A stretch of 64,000 nt of DNA, from contig QPMI01000393.1 of assembly GCA_004431415.1 (NCBI GenBank), positions 23,830 through 87,829 on the forward strand. The letters are read 5' to 3'. The stretch comes from Cyanophora paradoxa CCMP329. Taxonomy: Eukaryota > Plantae > Glaucophyta. The translations under genes were made by a program, and so were the position numbers. This document shows positions 1-13,126 of this stretch, piece after piece (within the stretch, counting starts at the first letter, position 1; each line of letters opens with the position of its first letter). The notes beneath the pieces were generated by a model, which did no database searches, was not told the DNA's origin, and saw only the letters and a list, made by a program, of their open reading frames with translations.

Positions 1-132
1 CCATTGGTGCTGGCCGCAGCTGGGCACGTACGTGAGGTCAAAGCTAGAAGTACACGACGTCAATGAAATAAGACGCAAAGGAGAGAGGAGAGAAAAGGGG
101 CAGCTGCAGGCGAATGCGTGCGCATGCATGGC

Positions 133-2398
133 TCAGAGCTTGCCAGTGCCAGCAAGGTCTTCAGAAGCACCAGTGGCCTTCCTGAGCGCTTCGTCCGCAG
201 AGGGCTTCGAGAGGGATGCCCCGGGCGCAGCCTCCTCCGCCTCCTCTTCCTCCTCCTTTTTGTCATCTTCCTCGGGGAAAAGAAGGGAGAGGGTGATGCC
301 ACCGCCAAGAACGCCAGCCACGACGGACAGGGAAAGATACCTGCACCAACGATTCAGATGAAAGCATAACGTGGGAAGAACCCGTTGATCCGGCAAGTGC
401 TAATATCGAATAGTGCATATCTAGCTTGCTTAAGATGGCACGGCGCCGATTCCATGTGGCCCTTCTACGTAGAGCTGCCCGCCGCGTTCAGACTCAGGCG
501 CACGTGGAAGTGTGGAAGCCAAAGTAGTCGGCGACCATCTTCGCGCCGACGAAGCCCAGGACGATGGCGAGGGACGGCTGCAGGTACCGAAGGCCCGCAA
601 GCACCGTCGAGATCAGGAAGAAGAGGGACCTGGCCCAGCCGGATGAGCACGGCCAGCGAGCGTGGTGGGTGGGTGGGCAGGCGGGCGCACCGGAGGGAGA
701 GGATGGCGAACATGTTAGAGGTGAAGACGATGAAGGGGTCCGAGGTGACGCCGAAGACGGCGGGGATGCTATGGAGCGTTCGAATAAGAAAAGAAAAGAA
801 AAAGGAAAAGAAGGAGAGGGGTACCTGTCGACGGCAAAGACGACGTCGGAGAGCTCGATGACGATGAGGACGAGGAGGAGGGGCGTCGCCTCGCCCATCG
901 CGTTGAAGAACCTGCGCGTCTCCTTCCGGTCATGTCTCGCACTAACACCACGGCTGGACGCTGAGCGCACTTCTCGCCGTCGTAGTGGTCGGAGACCTTG
1001 ACAAGCTTCCGCGCGAAGAGTACGATCTGCGAAAGAAGCGATTCGTGAGCGCAGAGAGACGACAGAGAATGACACGAGGCCAGCGAGGCGGCGCGCCTTG
1101 TTATCCGAGAGATCCTCCTCATCGTCGTCGTCGCCCCCTTCCGTGAGGAGCTGCGGGGCACGTCAAATTCGAGGCGGGGCGGGGCGGGGCGGGGCGGGGC
1201 GGGGCGGCGAGCCTTGAAGGACGACCAGAGAAGCACAGCCGCGAAAACGAGGAACAGAGCCTCGAACTGAAAGGGGTATCATTTTGAGAGGGAGAGGGGA
1301 GGGGAACGCGGGGAAGGGGGGGGGGTACCCGCTCGAGGGCGGCGGCCCCAAGGCCGATCATGACGGCGCGCATCGCCGCGGCGCCGATCAGACCCCACTT
1401 CAGGACGCGCTTCTGAGACTGCTGGGGAACCTGTACAGGGGGGTACGGTGAGGGGCGCGCAGGCGGTGGGGGGACTGGGGCCAAGCTGGCAGGGGTACCT
1501 GGAAGTAGTTGAAGACGAGGAGGAAGACGAACAGGTTGTCCACCGAAAGGCTCTGTTCGACGATGTACCCCGAAATGAACTCGGCCGCTGCGGGTACGTC
1601 GTTTGGAGACCGGGGGAGAAGGAGCGCGGGCCCGGCGGACCCTTCTCGGCGCCCTGGAAGTAAGAAATGCCGCCCGCAAAGGCGAAGGCCACCGCGAACC
1701 AGCACGCCGTGTTGAATATGGCGCTCTTGGCCTCTTTGGCATCCGCATCTGCGCCTACCCGCGTGAGCAGGCGCAGGACGGCTCGGCGCTGTGCGGAACG
1801 GACCGTCGAAGGAGACCGTCAGCGGGCCGGAGCGGGGCGCGGGGGCCGAGAGCTGGTACTCCTGCTCATCCGAGTCCGTCTTTCGCTCGCCGCCGGCCTC
1901 CGCCACGATGCGCAGCGCCTGCGCGGAGCGAGCTCGGCGCCGGCGCGCCACGTGAGGGGGAGATCCGCACCCGGCGGGCGTGCTCGAAGGCCCTCCGCGC
2001 TTGATGAACGCAGCCTGTGCAAGAAGACTCCGAAGCGACCCGGAAGCGGCGGCCGAGGGCCGGCGACGCGCTGAAGCCAAGCTGCCGCTGTGCACGGGGC
2101 GCCGAAGGGGCCAGCCGGGTCGAGTGTGCCTACGAGAGGAACGCAGGACTCAGCACCAGCGCCGACGCCGACGCGGACCCGTGCGGGGCGTTGCGGTGCT
2201 CTGGGCGCAGCCGCACCGGTGCATATAATGCGGAGCTCAGCGGGCCCGTGTGCCTGCAGGAAGCAAGGCGGCAGTGAGCGACATCCAGAAGAGGAGCCGC
2301 AGCGCTGCTCCGGCAGCGCGGCGACGAGGCGCGAGGGGGGGCGGCGGATGGGCCCACCTGATCCCGGACAGGGCGCTCAACGCAAATGCTGACGCCAT
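133..2398 (-). CDS. terC: TerC/Alx family integral membrane protein, multi-exon, probably plastid-targeted
   Basis: Exon translations [90 protein letters not shown] and [19 protein letters not shown] are TerC signatures. Probable start [12 protein letters not shown] at 2398; last exon [22 protein letters not shown] ends at the stop at 133. Short GC-rich introns. Confidence 0.88.
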
Positions 2399-2661
2399 TG
2401 CAGAATGAGGCGACCGTGGCCGCGCTCCAGACGATGCCACCGCGCACGCCCTGTACCCGTCGTGAAGGCGTCGTGTACCCGCATTGCGGTTTTCCAAACC
2501 GCTGCCTAGGCCTTTAGTTTGGAGCCGAGGAGCTTGGAAAGTGGTAGCAGTACTGCGCCAGCGCCAGTCCGGCCCTTCCGCGACCGAACCATCGTATATC
2601 CTGCTCTGCAAACGGAGCTCCGAGTAGAACCTTGATCTCTTTAGCCAGGAGCAGCATAGGG

Positions 2662-5600
2662 ATGGGCGGTCGAGGCAGCAGGAGTGGCCTGCTCCTCGCC
2701 CTCATCGGCCTTGCCGCTCTGGCCATCGCCGACGCCCAGCTCAAAGAGTACCGCACCGGCGATGGAGTGCGTTCCGTTTGACCTGCCTTTGTGCCTCATC
2801 TATCCCGCCCGCCTGCGCCGCGGCCCCGCCACCGATCCGAAACGCTCGTCACCCACGCTCCGCCCGACGCGCAGACGGGAAACAACGCCAAGAAGATCAA
2901 CATGGGGAAGGAAGGGGCCCGGTTCTACCGGACCCTGCCCGGTGCCCAGCTTCCTCCGGCGCCCCTCGTGCCAGCCGTTTCCTCACGCCCTGGCAGCCTA
3001 TTACAGCGACGGCATGAACATCCCGGTTCCCAATGTGTCGCCGGTGCGTCGCAGTGCCGGCCGACGCGGATGGTCCCGCTCAGCTAGAGGTTGCGAACTA
3101 CTCCTCGCTGACCCGCGCGTGCCCGCACAGCGGCTCGTGTCCGAGCGACTCTTCTCGCGGGGCCCGTTCGCGTACAACCAGCAGTCGATTTCCTTCATGG
3201 CTGCCGCCTTCGGACAGTGCGTCGCGCTCTTCCGCCCGTCGGCCCGCGATCCGCTCAGCCGCGCCGCTCCGCAGGTTCGTGGCTCACGACCTCATACTGA
3301 CGATGGACACCGCGGAGCCGTGGCCCATCCCGGTCCAGCTCTGCGACCGCGTGATGGATCCCACGTGCGACGGCTACAACATCACGTTCGCGCGCCTGAA
3401 GTACGACCCGGCTACGGGGAACGACCTTGAGGCGCGCGTGCCGCTCAACGGACAGACCTCGTTCCTCGACGCTTCGACGGGTGCGATCCGCCATCCACGC
3501 GCTCCGCTCCGCTCCGCGCCCGCCTCGCCGCCGCGCCCAGCGCCCGCCCCTTCTGACCGGCCGCCGCAGTCTACGGCCCGAACGACGCCCGCTCCCGCCT
3601 CCTGCGCACTTTCACGTGCGTTGGCCCCTAGCGCCCGGGCGGCCGACCGCCCCGCTCGATCCGCCTGACCGGCCGGGGGCCACCGCTGTGCAGCGGGGGC
3701 GAGCTGATCGAGGACCCCACCGACGGCTGCCCCACGAACCCCAACGGCCACGCGATGGACGGCCACAACGCGTTCACGAAGCAGCGGCTGACGGGGGACG
3801 TGCGCGGCAACGTGAACCCCGGCATTCTGGCCGTCCACTGCACGTTCGTGCTGGAGCACAACTGGTGGGCGCGCAAGCTCGCCAAGGCGAACCCGTCCTG
3901 GTCGGACGAGGTGCTCTACCAAGAGGCCCGCGCCCGTGTCATCGCCGAGGTCCAGGCCATCACCTACCAGGAGTACATCCCCGTCGTGCTGGGGTACGCG
4001 GTTTCCGCGGCTCCCGCCGTCGCGTCGCCGTCGCGCCGCCGCCGGGCCGGGCCGGGCCGGCCTGACGCCCCCGCAGGCAGCTGGCGTCGCAGATCCCGGC
4101 CTACTCGGGGTACAAGGCCGACGTGGACCCCAGCGCCGACCTCTTCTTCGCGATCGCTGCGTACCGGTACGGCCACTCGGGCATCAACTCGCTGTACCTC
4201 CGGCTCGAGAAGGACGGCTCCATGATCCCGGGCGGGCCCGTGCTGCTCCGCAACGCCTTCTTCAACCCGTCGTACCTCATGGACGGCGGCATCGCGTCGC
4301 TGCTGCGCGGCCTCATCGTGCAGCCGGAGGCCCTCATCGACACGACGATGGTCGACGACGTCCGACAGGTCCGCGAGCGCCGCGCTCGCTCGGCGCCCCG
4401 TTCGTTCGCCCGCCCGCCCGCTCGCTCACGGCCGTCCCCGCCGCAGTTCCTCTTCGGGCTGCGCTCCGACCTTGCCGCCATCGACATCCAGCGCGGCCGC
4501 GACGTCGGCCTGCCCCGCTACCGCCGCGCCCGCCAGTACTACGGCCTCTCCGTGCCCACCTCCTTCGGTGCCGGCCCCTTCCCGCTCCGCTCCGCTCCGC
4601 CCCGTTCCGCGCTCACGCCGCCCCGCCCCGCCCCGCCCCGCCCCGCAGCGGACATCACAGACGATGTCCAGGTGCAGCAGGCGCTGGCGGACGCCTACGG
4701 CCACATCGACAACGTCGACGCGTGCGCGCAGCGCCTCGGCGCGATCTAAGGCGATCCCGAGGCCGCCGAGCGCTGACGGCCCCCCGCAGCTGGGTGGGCG
4801 GCCTGGCGGAGAAGCACGTACCCGGGGGCCTGGTGGGACCCCTCTTTGCGGCCTCCATCATCGAGCAGGCGATCCGCACGCGGGACGGCGACCGCTTCTG
4901 GTTCGAGGGCTACCTCCCCGCCGAGCTCGTCGCCGAGATCAAGTCCACGACGCTCTCGGACATCATGGCGCGTGCCGTCCCCGGCATCGGCGGCTCCGGC
5001 GTGCGCACCTCCCTCCCCGCTCGCTAGCCCTTCGTAGTCGGATTCCGACCTGATCCCGTCCGTCCTCGCTCGCCGCAGGCCATCCCGCGGCAGGCGTTCC
5101 GCGTGCCGACGGCGGGAGCCTACTGCTTCACGGGCGCCTGCCCCAACGCCGGCCCGTCCTCGCCAGCGACCGCCCCGACGGGGACGCTCCCCTCGACGGG
5201 CGCCGCCACGCCTGCGCCGGTCATCACCAACGGGACGGACTCTTCCTCCTCCTCCTCCTCAACGACCACGGCGCCGGCGGCGTCGTTCGTCACCAAGGAG
5301 ATCTCGGACTCGCTGACGTTGAAGCACTGGCCGATCGAGAGCAACCAGGTGCAGATCGAGTTCTCGCTCAAGGGCAAGGGCTGGGTCGGCATCGGCATCG
5401 GCTCGGGCATGGTCGGCGCAGACATGACCATCTGCCGCTACCCGGACCCCGCCGCGTGCGTCGCCGCTGCGCCCCCTCCCGCTCGCGACTCTCCTCACTC
5501 ACGCCCGCCGCGCCGCGCAGCACGGCCGGCGTATGCGAGGACTACTCCAGCGGGGGGTACGTCGTTCCCGTCAAGAAGGGTACCCAGACGAGCACACTGG

Positions 5601-8600
5601 TGCGCCATGACCACGTACCCCTGCCCCGCGCCTCTTTCAAAGCTCACGCGCCGGGCGCCAGGTCTCGACGGCGCGCGACTCGTCGACGACGACGTACACC
5701 TTCAAGCGTCTCGTGGGCACGAGCGACCCGGCGGGTGAGAGAGAGCCGACCAGGCCCTTCTCTCGCCACAAAGCCGAATCCGTCGCCTCACTCGCTGCGC
5801 CCGACGACGTCGCGCAGGCAAGTCGATCTCGACGTCGGGCACGACCAACGTCGTCGTGGCGTGGAGCACCGACTCTGACACCCTCGCCTACCATGTGCGC
5901 GCCGCCCCTGCGGCGTCCGCCCGATCGTCGCGCCGTCTCACGTGGGGCTGCTTCCACGCGACAGGGCCCCAACCGCTTCATCGGGACCGTCGATTTCACG
6001 GCGGCGCAGGCCGCCTCGACCACGTCCACCACGACGACGTCGTCCTCGTCGGCTTCCTCGTCGACCTCCTCCTCGTCCTCGTCCTCCTCCTCGTCGTCCA
6101 CGGCGTCAACGACAACGACGACGACGTCGACGGGCACGACGACGACCGGCATGGGCTCGGGATCGGCGACGGTCACGGGCTCCTCGGCGCGCACGTTCAC
6201 GGGCGTCCACATCATGCACGGCACGGCGATGTTCGCCGTCTGGGGCGGGCTCGTCCCCGCCGCCGTCTTCACCATGCGCTACCTGAAGCACACGTCCTTC
6301 TGGCTCACCTTCCACAAGGGCGGCATGACCCTCTCGGCGGCGCTCACCTTCTCGGCCGTCGGCTCCGTCCTCTCCATCGGGAACCAGACGCCGTACCACT
6401 TCGTGCTGGGCGTCTGCATCGCGTCGCTGCTCGCCGTCGAGGTGGTCCTGGGCGTCATCACCGCCTACTTCCACTCGTCGGAGAAGGCGTGGGGCCTGCG
6501 CTCGATCCTCAAGCGCCTGCACCCGATCGTCGGCTACCTGCTCATCCTCCTCGCGATGGCAAACGTGTGCATCGGGCTCAACCTCATGCAGTCGCCCTAC
6601 TGGGCCATCGGCGCCGCGTGGCTCGGCTTCCTCCTCGTCGCGTTCGGCATCGCCGAGGTCCGGCTGCAGCGCGAGCGGCGCCAGTCGGCGGACGCCAAGT
6701 ACCGCATCGCGGACCTCATGCCGCGCAAGCTGACGCCGCTCACTGTTGAGGAGGTCCGGCAACGCGACCCGCCTTCGCGGCCGTGGCCGGCGCTGACGTC
6801 GATGTCGCCCGCGCCGCCCACGCCGCGCAGATCGACCGGAACATCAAGCTGGGCGCCAAGTGGGTCACCATGGGCCCCTACGTCTACGACGTCGGCGAGT
6901 TCATGCACGACCACCCGGTACCCCTTTTCCCGCCTCGGAGATGGCGGTACCCCCCTTCCGACCCGTTTGCGCCGCGCAGGGCGGCCTGAACTACCTCCTG
7001 CGGTGCGTGGGCCGGGACATCGGCTACTACTTCAACGGGTCCGAGTCGCTGGACGGCGACCGGCCGCACGTGCACGGGCGGCGCGCCCACGAGATCCTGG
7101 CCCGGCTCGCCGTGGGCATCATCGACAAGAACGCGGCAGCCGCCGGCAACGACCTGATGGTGCACACGGGGCGCGACCGGAGCAAGCGCGGCAGCATCAG
7201 CACGGTCGGGTACGAGAGCAAGGCGGGGCGGCGGCGGCGCGAGGAGAGCGAGGGGGCGCCGGGGAGCCCGGACGCCCCATCCGACGACGGGTTCGAGAAC
7301 CTGTCGGACCGGGAGGGCAAGCCGGCGCGGCGGCGGCAGCGGGACCTGCCGCCCATCAAGCTGAAGGGGCGCCACCGCAACCAGGTGGTGCCCGTCGACG
7401 ACGGCGCCGGGAACGAGCACGCGCCGCCGCGCCGCGCGCCGGCCCCGCGCCGCTCTGCCACCGTCGCCTCGCCGTCGTCGCCGCCGCAGTCGCCGCCGCT
7501 CGGGCCGCAGCGCGGAGGGCGGCCCGTAGCCTCCGTCTCCTCCACCTCCTCCGCCGCCTCCCGAGAGTCGGAGGCGGCCAAGGAGCCGGCCCCCGGCGAC
7601 GCCCTCATCATCAACCTCTCCACCGCCGCCGCGCCGCCCCGCCCCGCCCGCCCCGGCCCCGCGCCGGCCCCGGCCCCGCCCCCGCGCTGCCCGCCGCCGC
7701 CAAGCGGCCCTCCCTGGGCTCGTCCTCCCAGCCGGCGGCCTCGGGCCCCGTCGGCTCGTACACGCTCATCGAGCGGGAGCTGGTCACGAAGACGGGCAAG
7801 CCGGTGGCGCGGCTGCGCTTCCGGGCGCCTCGGCGGCCGCCCTCGACCAAGAAGGACGTCCGGATCATGGGGGAGTACTATGAGGTCTTCGCCACCGTCG
7901 ACAACCAGGAGGTGCCTAAAAATACACTAAAATACACGCCTTTCAATTCCACCTAACAACCGAACGCGCGCCGCAGATCTCGCGCTACTACTCGGTGTGC
8001 CAGGTCAACATCGAACCCGAGGACGAGGAGGGCGAGGGCGTCATCGACCTGTACGTGAAGCGGTACCCCAACGGGCGCGTCTCGACGTTCCTCCACACGC
8101 TCCCGAGTGCGTGTTTACGCGTACCCCTGTCCCCCGCCCCCCCCCCTCCTCCCCCGCCCTGCCCCTCGCTCCTCCTTTCGTGCCGTCCGAGGCTGAGCGG
8201 AGCGGCCGCCTCTCGCGCAGTTGGGCAGACGGTGCGGATGACGGGGCCGATGGGGATGGGCCTGCGCCTCACGCCCCACACGCGCGGCAACCTCGTCGCC
8301 ATCACCGCTGGTGCGCCGCGCCGTCGTTCTTCGATCCCGACGCCGTCGTTCGTCGATCCCGACGCCGTCGTTCGATCCCGACCGCAGGGACGGGCATCAT
8401 CCCCTTCCTGGACCTGATCTACCACCTCACCTTCTCCCCCTCCTCGAATGTCACGCTCCTCCTCATCGCCTGCTTCGAATCCGCGGCGGACATTCTGCTC
8501 CACGAGTGGCTCGAGGCGTGCAACGCGCACGCCGCCGGGTCGCCCGAGCGCCGGCTGGAACTGCACATCGCTCTCAAGACGGCGCCGCCGGACAGCCACT

Positions 8601-8776
8601 GGGACCTCGAGAAGCACCACATCACGGGCCGCGTCACGCCGGCCATCATCGACGGCCTGCTGCCCGTCGGCGGGCCCGAGTCTCTGTACATCTGCGGGAA
8701 CCAGCGCTTCAGCATGGAGATGGGGCGCGTGGTGGCGACTCTCAAGATCAGCCCGCAGCGCGTCGTCGTCCTCTAG
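2662..8776 (+). CDS. Multi-exon fusion: signal peptide, heme peroxidase (peroxidase-cyclooxygenase family), DOMON, cytochrome b561, cytochrome b5-like and FAD/NAD(P)-binding FNR-type reductase
   Basis: Signal MGGRGSRSGLLLALIGLAALAIADA. Peroxidase motifs YRTGDG..GNN, FGQ/FVAHD, GDVRGN, YRYGHS, DIQRGRD, RDGDRFWFE. DOMON GWVGIGIGSGMVGAD...LAYH. b561 His motifs HG, FHK, HFVLG, RLH. b5 VYDVGEFMHDHP/GG. FNR motifs RYYS, VKRYPNGRVS, GPMG, AGTGIIPF, YICG. Stop at 8776. Confidence 0.82.
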
Positions 8777-9960
8777 AAAGAGACAGGTTAAAACAGAACC
8801 CGTTTACTTGCTTATTTACTAGTACTACTTCCTGATCCTAAGGATTACCTAGAGCGGGCGCGCCATCTTCTTTCGCGTAGCGCTTTCTTTGCTGCGTGCT
8901 CGTAGTGCTCTGATCTCGCGGGCCGTACGCGTGGCGTGGGGTGCGGTTAGTCAGTCCGCCTCTGGGCGACTGTTCCGATGTATTCATATACAGATCTAGA
9001 GCCAGACGTGTCTCTCTTCTTGCGTGCAATTAGGCCAGCTCCAGCTTAAATTATGCAGAATTATGTAGCTCTCCAGGGCTAAAGACTATATACTAGCCTG
9101 TAGCTGTTATTTGGTTCTCGCGTTCTCGAGCGCGTTTGGTCGTGCGTGTGACTCAGTGAGGGTTCGAGTGGCTAGTCTGCGCAGCGGCGATCGGGAGCTG
9201 CGCATGCTCTCCCCTCTCTTTCACAGTGTGTTTCATCGATATATATCGGGAGGCGAACTTTAATTTGTACGGTTGTATTCATGATTGCTGTATTTAATTT
9301 GTACCGTAGTACGACTCAGTTGTAACTGCTTCGCCAATTTGCAACAGTCACCGTGGCACTGAGCCATGATTATATGCTTCATGCCATGATATCGCGATCG
9401 ATGGCATTGGACGCGCTCATGATCCGATGACTCAGTGATCATCATCGATCATCATCATGGCATATGCATATGCATGTATACGTACTACGCCGTGACGGTA
9501 TGCATATGCGTGTCTTTATCATGATCCGATGATCAGCGCTAGCCCCGCCGGGCCGGGCCCCGCGGCGGCACGCGCAGCGCCGGCGCCGGCCCGGCGGCCC
9601 GGCGCGCGGATCCGCAGCGCTCCGGATCCCGGAGCCCGGCCCGCCAGTGCGCCCCCGGGCCCCCGCGCGCGGGACGTGCACGATCGCGATACTGTTTAAT
9701 TCATTATTACGCCATGGCATCACATTTAATTTACAATATCGAAAGGCGAAAGGTCGAAAGTCGAAAAATATATTACTATATCCGGTGCTCATGAGACTTG
9801 AGCTCGCCGGGCTCGAGAAACCAGAGCGGAAGCGAGAACTCATGATCACTGACTGGTACTTTATCTAGATCTTCGGGCTTACAATCAGCTCAGCATATGG
9901 CTCACTGGCCATGGAATCCGAAGCTGCCACTGAGCCTGCCAGGCCGCGGGCACATTGAAT

Positions 9961-11737
9961 TTACTGGTGGCGCGAGAATGCCACAGCGACGAGGGCACAA
10001 GCAACGGAAGCCAGCGCGCCCCAGACAGAAGGTGCTTGCGTGCCGGCCAGGCTTGGTACGAACGGCCTGCGTCCGACCCGGACATGCAATGCCGTCAACC
10101 CTCGAGCAGATTGCACAAATAAATATTTTAATGAATGCGAGTTATGACGCACACGTTGACGGTACCGGTTGACGTCCACTGGAAGGCCTGCGCACATGGA
10201 AAAAACAATTGACGCAAGGGACACGTGCACCGATCATGGAGACTATGAGATGTTAATCATTAAATTTTCTCGCACGTTCGCGAGGGTGAACATCTGCATG
10301 AAGCGAACACAAACCCAGTGAGCCTTGAGACAGGGGCCAGAGCGGAGAGTGATCGTGTATAAACATTCATTATCATTACTGATTTGAGCGGACTCACTTG
10401 GAAGGCGTCGTTGACGCTCTTGATCTGGAGGCTGTAGCCGGTGCCCTGGGAGAACTGGAGGAGGCTACGCGTCGTCTGCCGGTTGCAGTTCGCCGAGAAG
10501 GGCGGGACGCCTGCGCATGCGCGTACGAATAAGGTAATAAGATAAGAGATGACAGTTTGTGTGAGACCGAGCCTGAGCGGAGCAACATTTGATTTACGCA
10601 CGGAAGGCGATCTCGGTCGAAGAGACGATGCGGGGGTTGAGGGCGGGGCAGCTCACGCCGGACGACGAGACGATCAGGATCTCGATCGGCTCCCCGACTG
10701 GGAACCCTTCACCGTAAAGGCTCACTTCTCCGCCCGTCTGCGGAAGCACAGGATGTGATCAGTATCGGCTGCAGGAGTCACCGGGTCTTTTGGCGTCCTA
10801 GGCCTTCAAATTAAACAGCGTGTCCAGCAATTTTGCAAACAGCGCGGGCCGTGCGCACGGGAGGGGCCTGGATGACTGGCCGCGGGAGGCGGGCGGTGTT
10901 GGTCGCGTCGAACTCGAGGGTGGTGCCGGGCAGGCCCGTGCTGACGCCCTGCACGATGATCCTCGTGATGTTGATCGTCTGCGGGTGTGCAACGGCAAAG
11001 GCGCATGGGACTCGCGTCAGTTCGAGAGGCATGGAATATACCGTAGTACGTATATACACGATTTCAATTTCGTGTACCTTGTGGATCGCGGGCGTAGCCG
11101 CGGCCGGCTTGGCGGTCGGCGCCGGCGACGGCGTGGCCGTGGGAATGGGAGCAGTGGGAGGCGTGGTTGGGGTCGGGGGGCCAGCGCTGGGAGTCGGGGT
11201 CGCAGCGGCGGCGGTGGAGGGCGACGGGCTGGGGCTGGGGCTCGGGCTGGGGCTCGGGTCTGCGATTGCGGAGGGGCTCGGCGATGGGCTGGGGCTGGGC
11301 GAGGGAGACGGGGAAGCGGACGGCGACGGCGAAGGCGACGGCGTGGCTTCAGCTGGGAACACGCAGACGTTGCTCACGTTCGTGGCCGGGGCCTGGCAGG
11401 CGCACGCGGGGCGCGTGAAGGTTACAGGAGCCTGGATGAGCAAACTCCGTCGAACAAACATATTGACTGCGACAGTCCGGTACATCTCCTGCCCGTTCGT
11501 GCAGTTCAAAACGCAGTAAGCCGGTGTTCCTTCGGTCCAGCCCCAGTCGGTGGTGCTGCCTTCCGCCCAGGAAACGGTCACGTTGGGAGCGTTGCAGCTG
11601 CAGCCCTTAGCATTGCCGCCGGATGTTCCCACAGGTTGGCTGACTGACGCATCGCACTCCGTCTGAGCGCTGACAGCGGAGATGCCGAACGCCACGATGG
11701 CGGCGGCGAGAAGCAGCACGGCGGCGAGCTTCGCCAT
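9961..11737 (-). CDS. Secreted/cell-surface Cys-rich, (SP)n-repeat glycoprotein with IPT/TIG-like domain and hydrophobic C-terminus, copy 1
   Basis: Signal peptide MAKLAAVLLLAAAIVAFG, Cys-rich domain, SPSPSP tract, exon GGEVSLYGEGFP...VSSTEIAF, and terminal exon SVWGALASVACALVAVAFSRHQ* (GPI- or TM-like). Confidence 0.7.
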
Positions 11738-12340
11738 CCCGGACCGGAGCTAGCCTGGGGAAATTATTAGGAATCCCGCGCACGATTGTCGCGATCGGAC
11801 TCCGGGACTCCGCGGCCGCCGGGATCCGCCGGAATACCGGTCGCGGGGGGGTAGTACTTGAAAGTTGAAACTCCGGCGCCTTACCCGAATTAAATTACCG
11901 GGACTCGGGAATTTAATTTTGCGGGTCTCTAAATTGCCGTAAATTGCCGATTCGACAATTAATGTTGTTAAAAAAAGTTGGGGTAAACATTTTCTTAGGC
12001 CGCCGTAGATCGAGCAAGCGTCTGCATGGCCTCGAAATTAAACCCCAATTATTTTGGGGTCTTAAATTACCCGAATTACAGTACGCGTAAATATATTTCC
12101 TGCTTTACAGTAATATATCGTGCGCACTAATATTGTGTTTTTACGTTCCGAACCGCACCAACTTAATTAGTAATTCAACGGTTGATCATGAACTTCCGAG
12201 TTCCTTTTTTTTGAAGTAACTCCGGCGGCGCCGGCCTAGGCCTAGGGTACCGGTTACCGCACCGACAATTCGGAGCTTCGTCAGACGGTCCGAGGTAGGG
12301 TTACCGTCTGACGGTAATGTCGGCCCCCCAGCCTCCGACA

Positions 12341-12724
12341 TAGGGTTACCGGGCCGAAATTTCGGCCGGCCGAAATTTGCGAAAGATTCGAAATTTCGGC
12401 GACATTTCGGCACCCTCCGATCCGAATTTCGCCGAAAGAGAATAAAATAATCAATAAAGTATTTGGAATATCCATATTTCGGCCGTGGAAGTGGGGGGTT
12501 GGGGTGCCCGGGGGGCGGGGACTGGCTAACTGCGCCCGTAGGCACTGCTAAACACACTAGTAGGCATTGCTAGGCAGTCTGTTTTAGGTTAAAGGGGACT
12601 CAACATGTTGTTTAGGGCGGGGGCTCGCCGAAGTTTCGGCCGAAATTTCGGAAATTTCGGCGGGCTGATTCCGAATTTCGGCGCTCCAAAATCCGAATTT
12701 CCGAAATTAAATTCGGCAACCCTA
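12341..12724. mobile_element. hAT-type MITE with 8-bp TSD
   Basis: Termini TAGGGTT...AACCCTA flanked by the exact 8-bp duplication ctccgaca (12333-12340 and 12725-12732). Internal ccgaaatttcgg repeats. Confidence 0.8.
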
Positions 12725-13126
12725 CTCCGACATCGACAATGTCGAATGTCAGGTGGATTTCGGTGCGATCCGACAGAGGGGGGGGGTAGGGGTCATCTCC
12801 GCCGGCAGAATGCGCCATAAATTATATTTTAAGGCTTCTGGTGCTCCAGGAAGTTATTCTAAGCATGTCTGAACACATTCCCCACCTTGGGAATCCATTG
12901 AAGCGTGGGTTCTAGGTGAGCGACGGACCGGCGACGGCAGGGAGGGGGCGAAAAAAGCATTAAAAACTATTTAAAAATGCATTATTTTAATCATTATTTT
13001 CGACATGTCGGTCGCCCTCGCCGACACCGCACCGACATTCGACATTGACGACCGTTTGACGAAGCTCCGAATTGTCGGTGCGGTAACCCTACATTCGACA
13101 TACGTACTGTACATATATGCATGTAG

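Noticed and set aside
32-8835. Many long overlapping R/P/A-rich ORFs in the host DNA
   Set aside because: Artefacts of high GC content and intron read-through; only exon fragments with family motifs were used.
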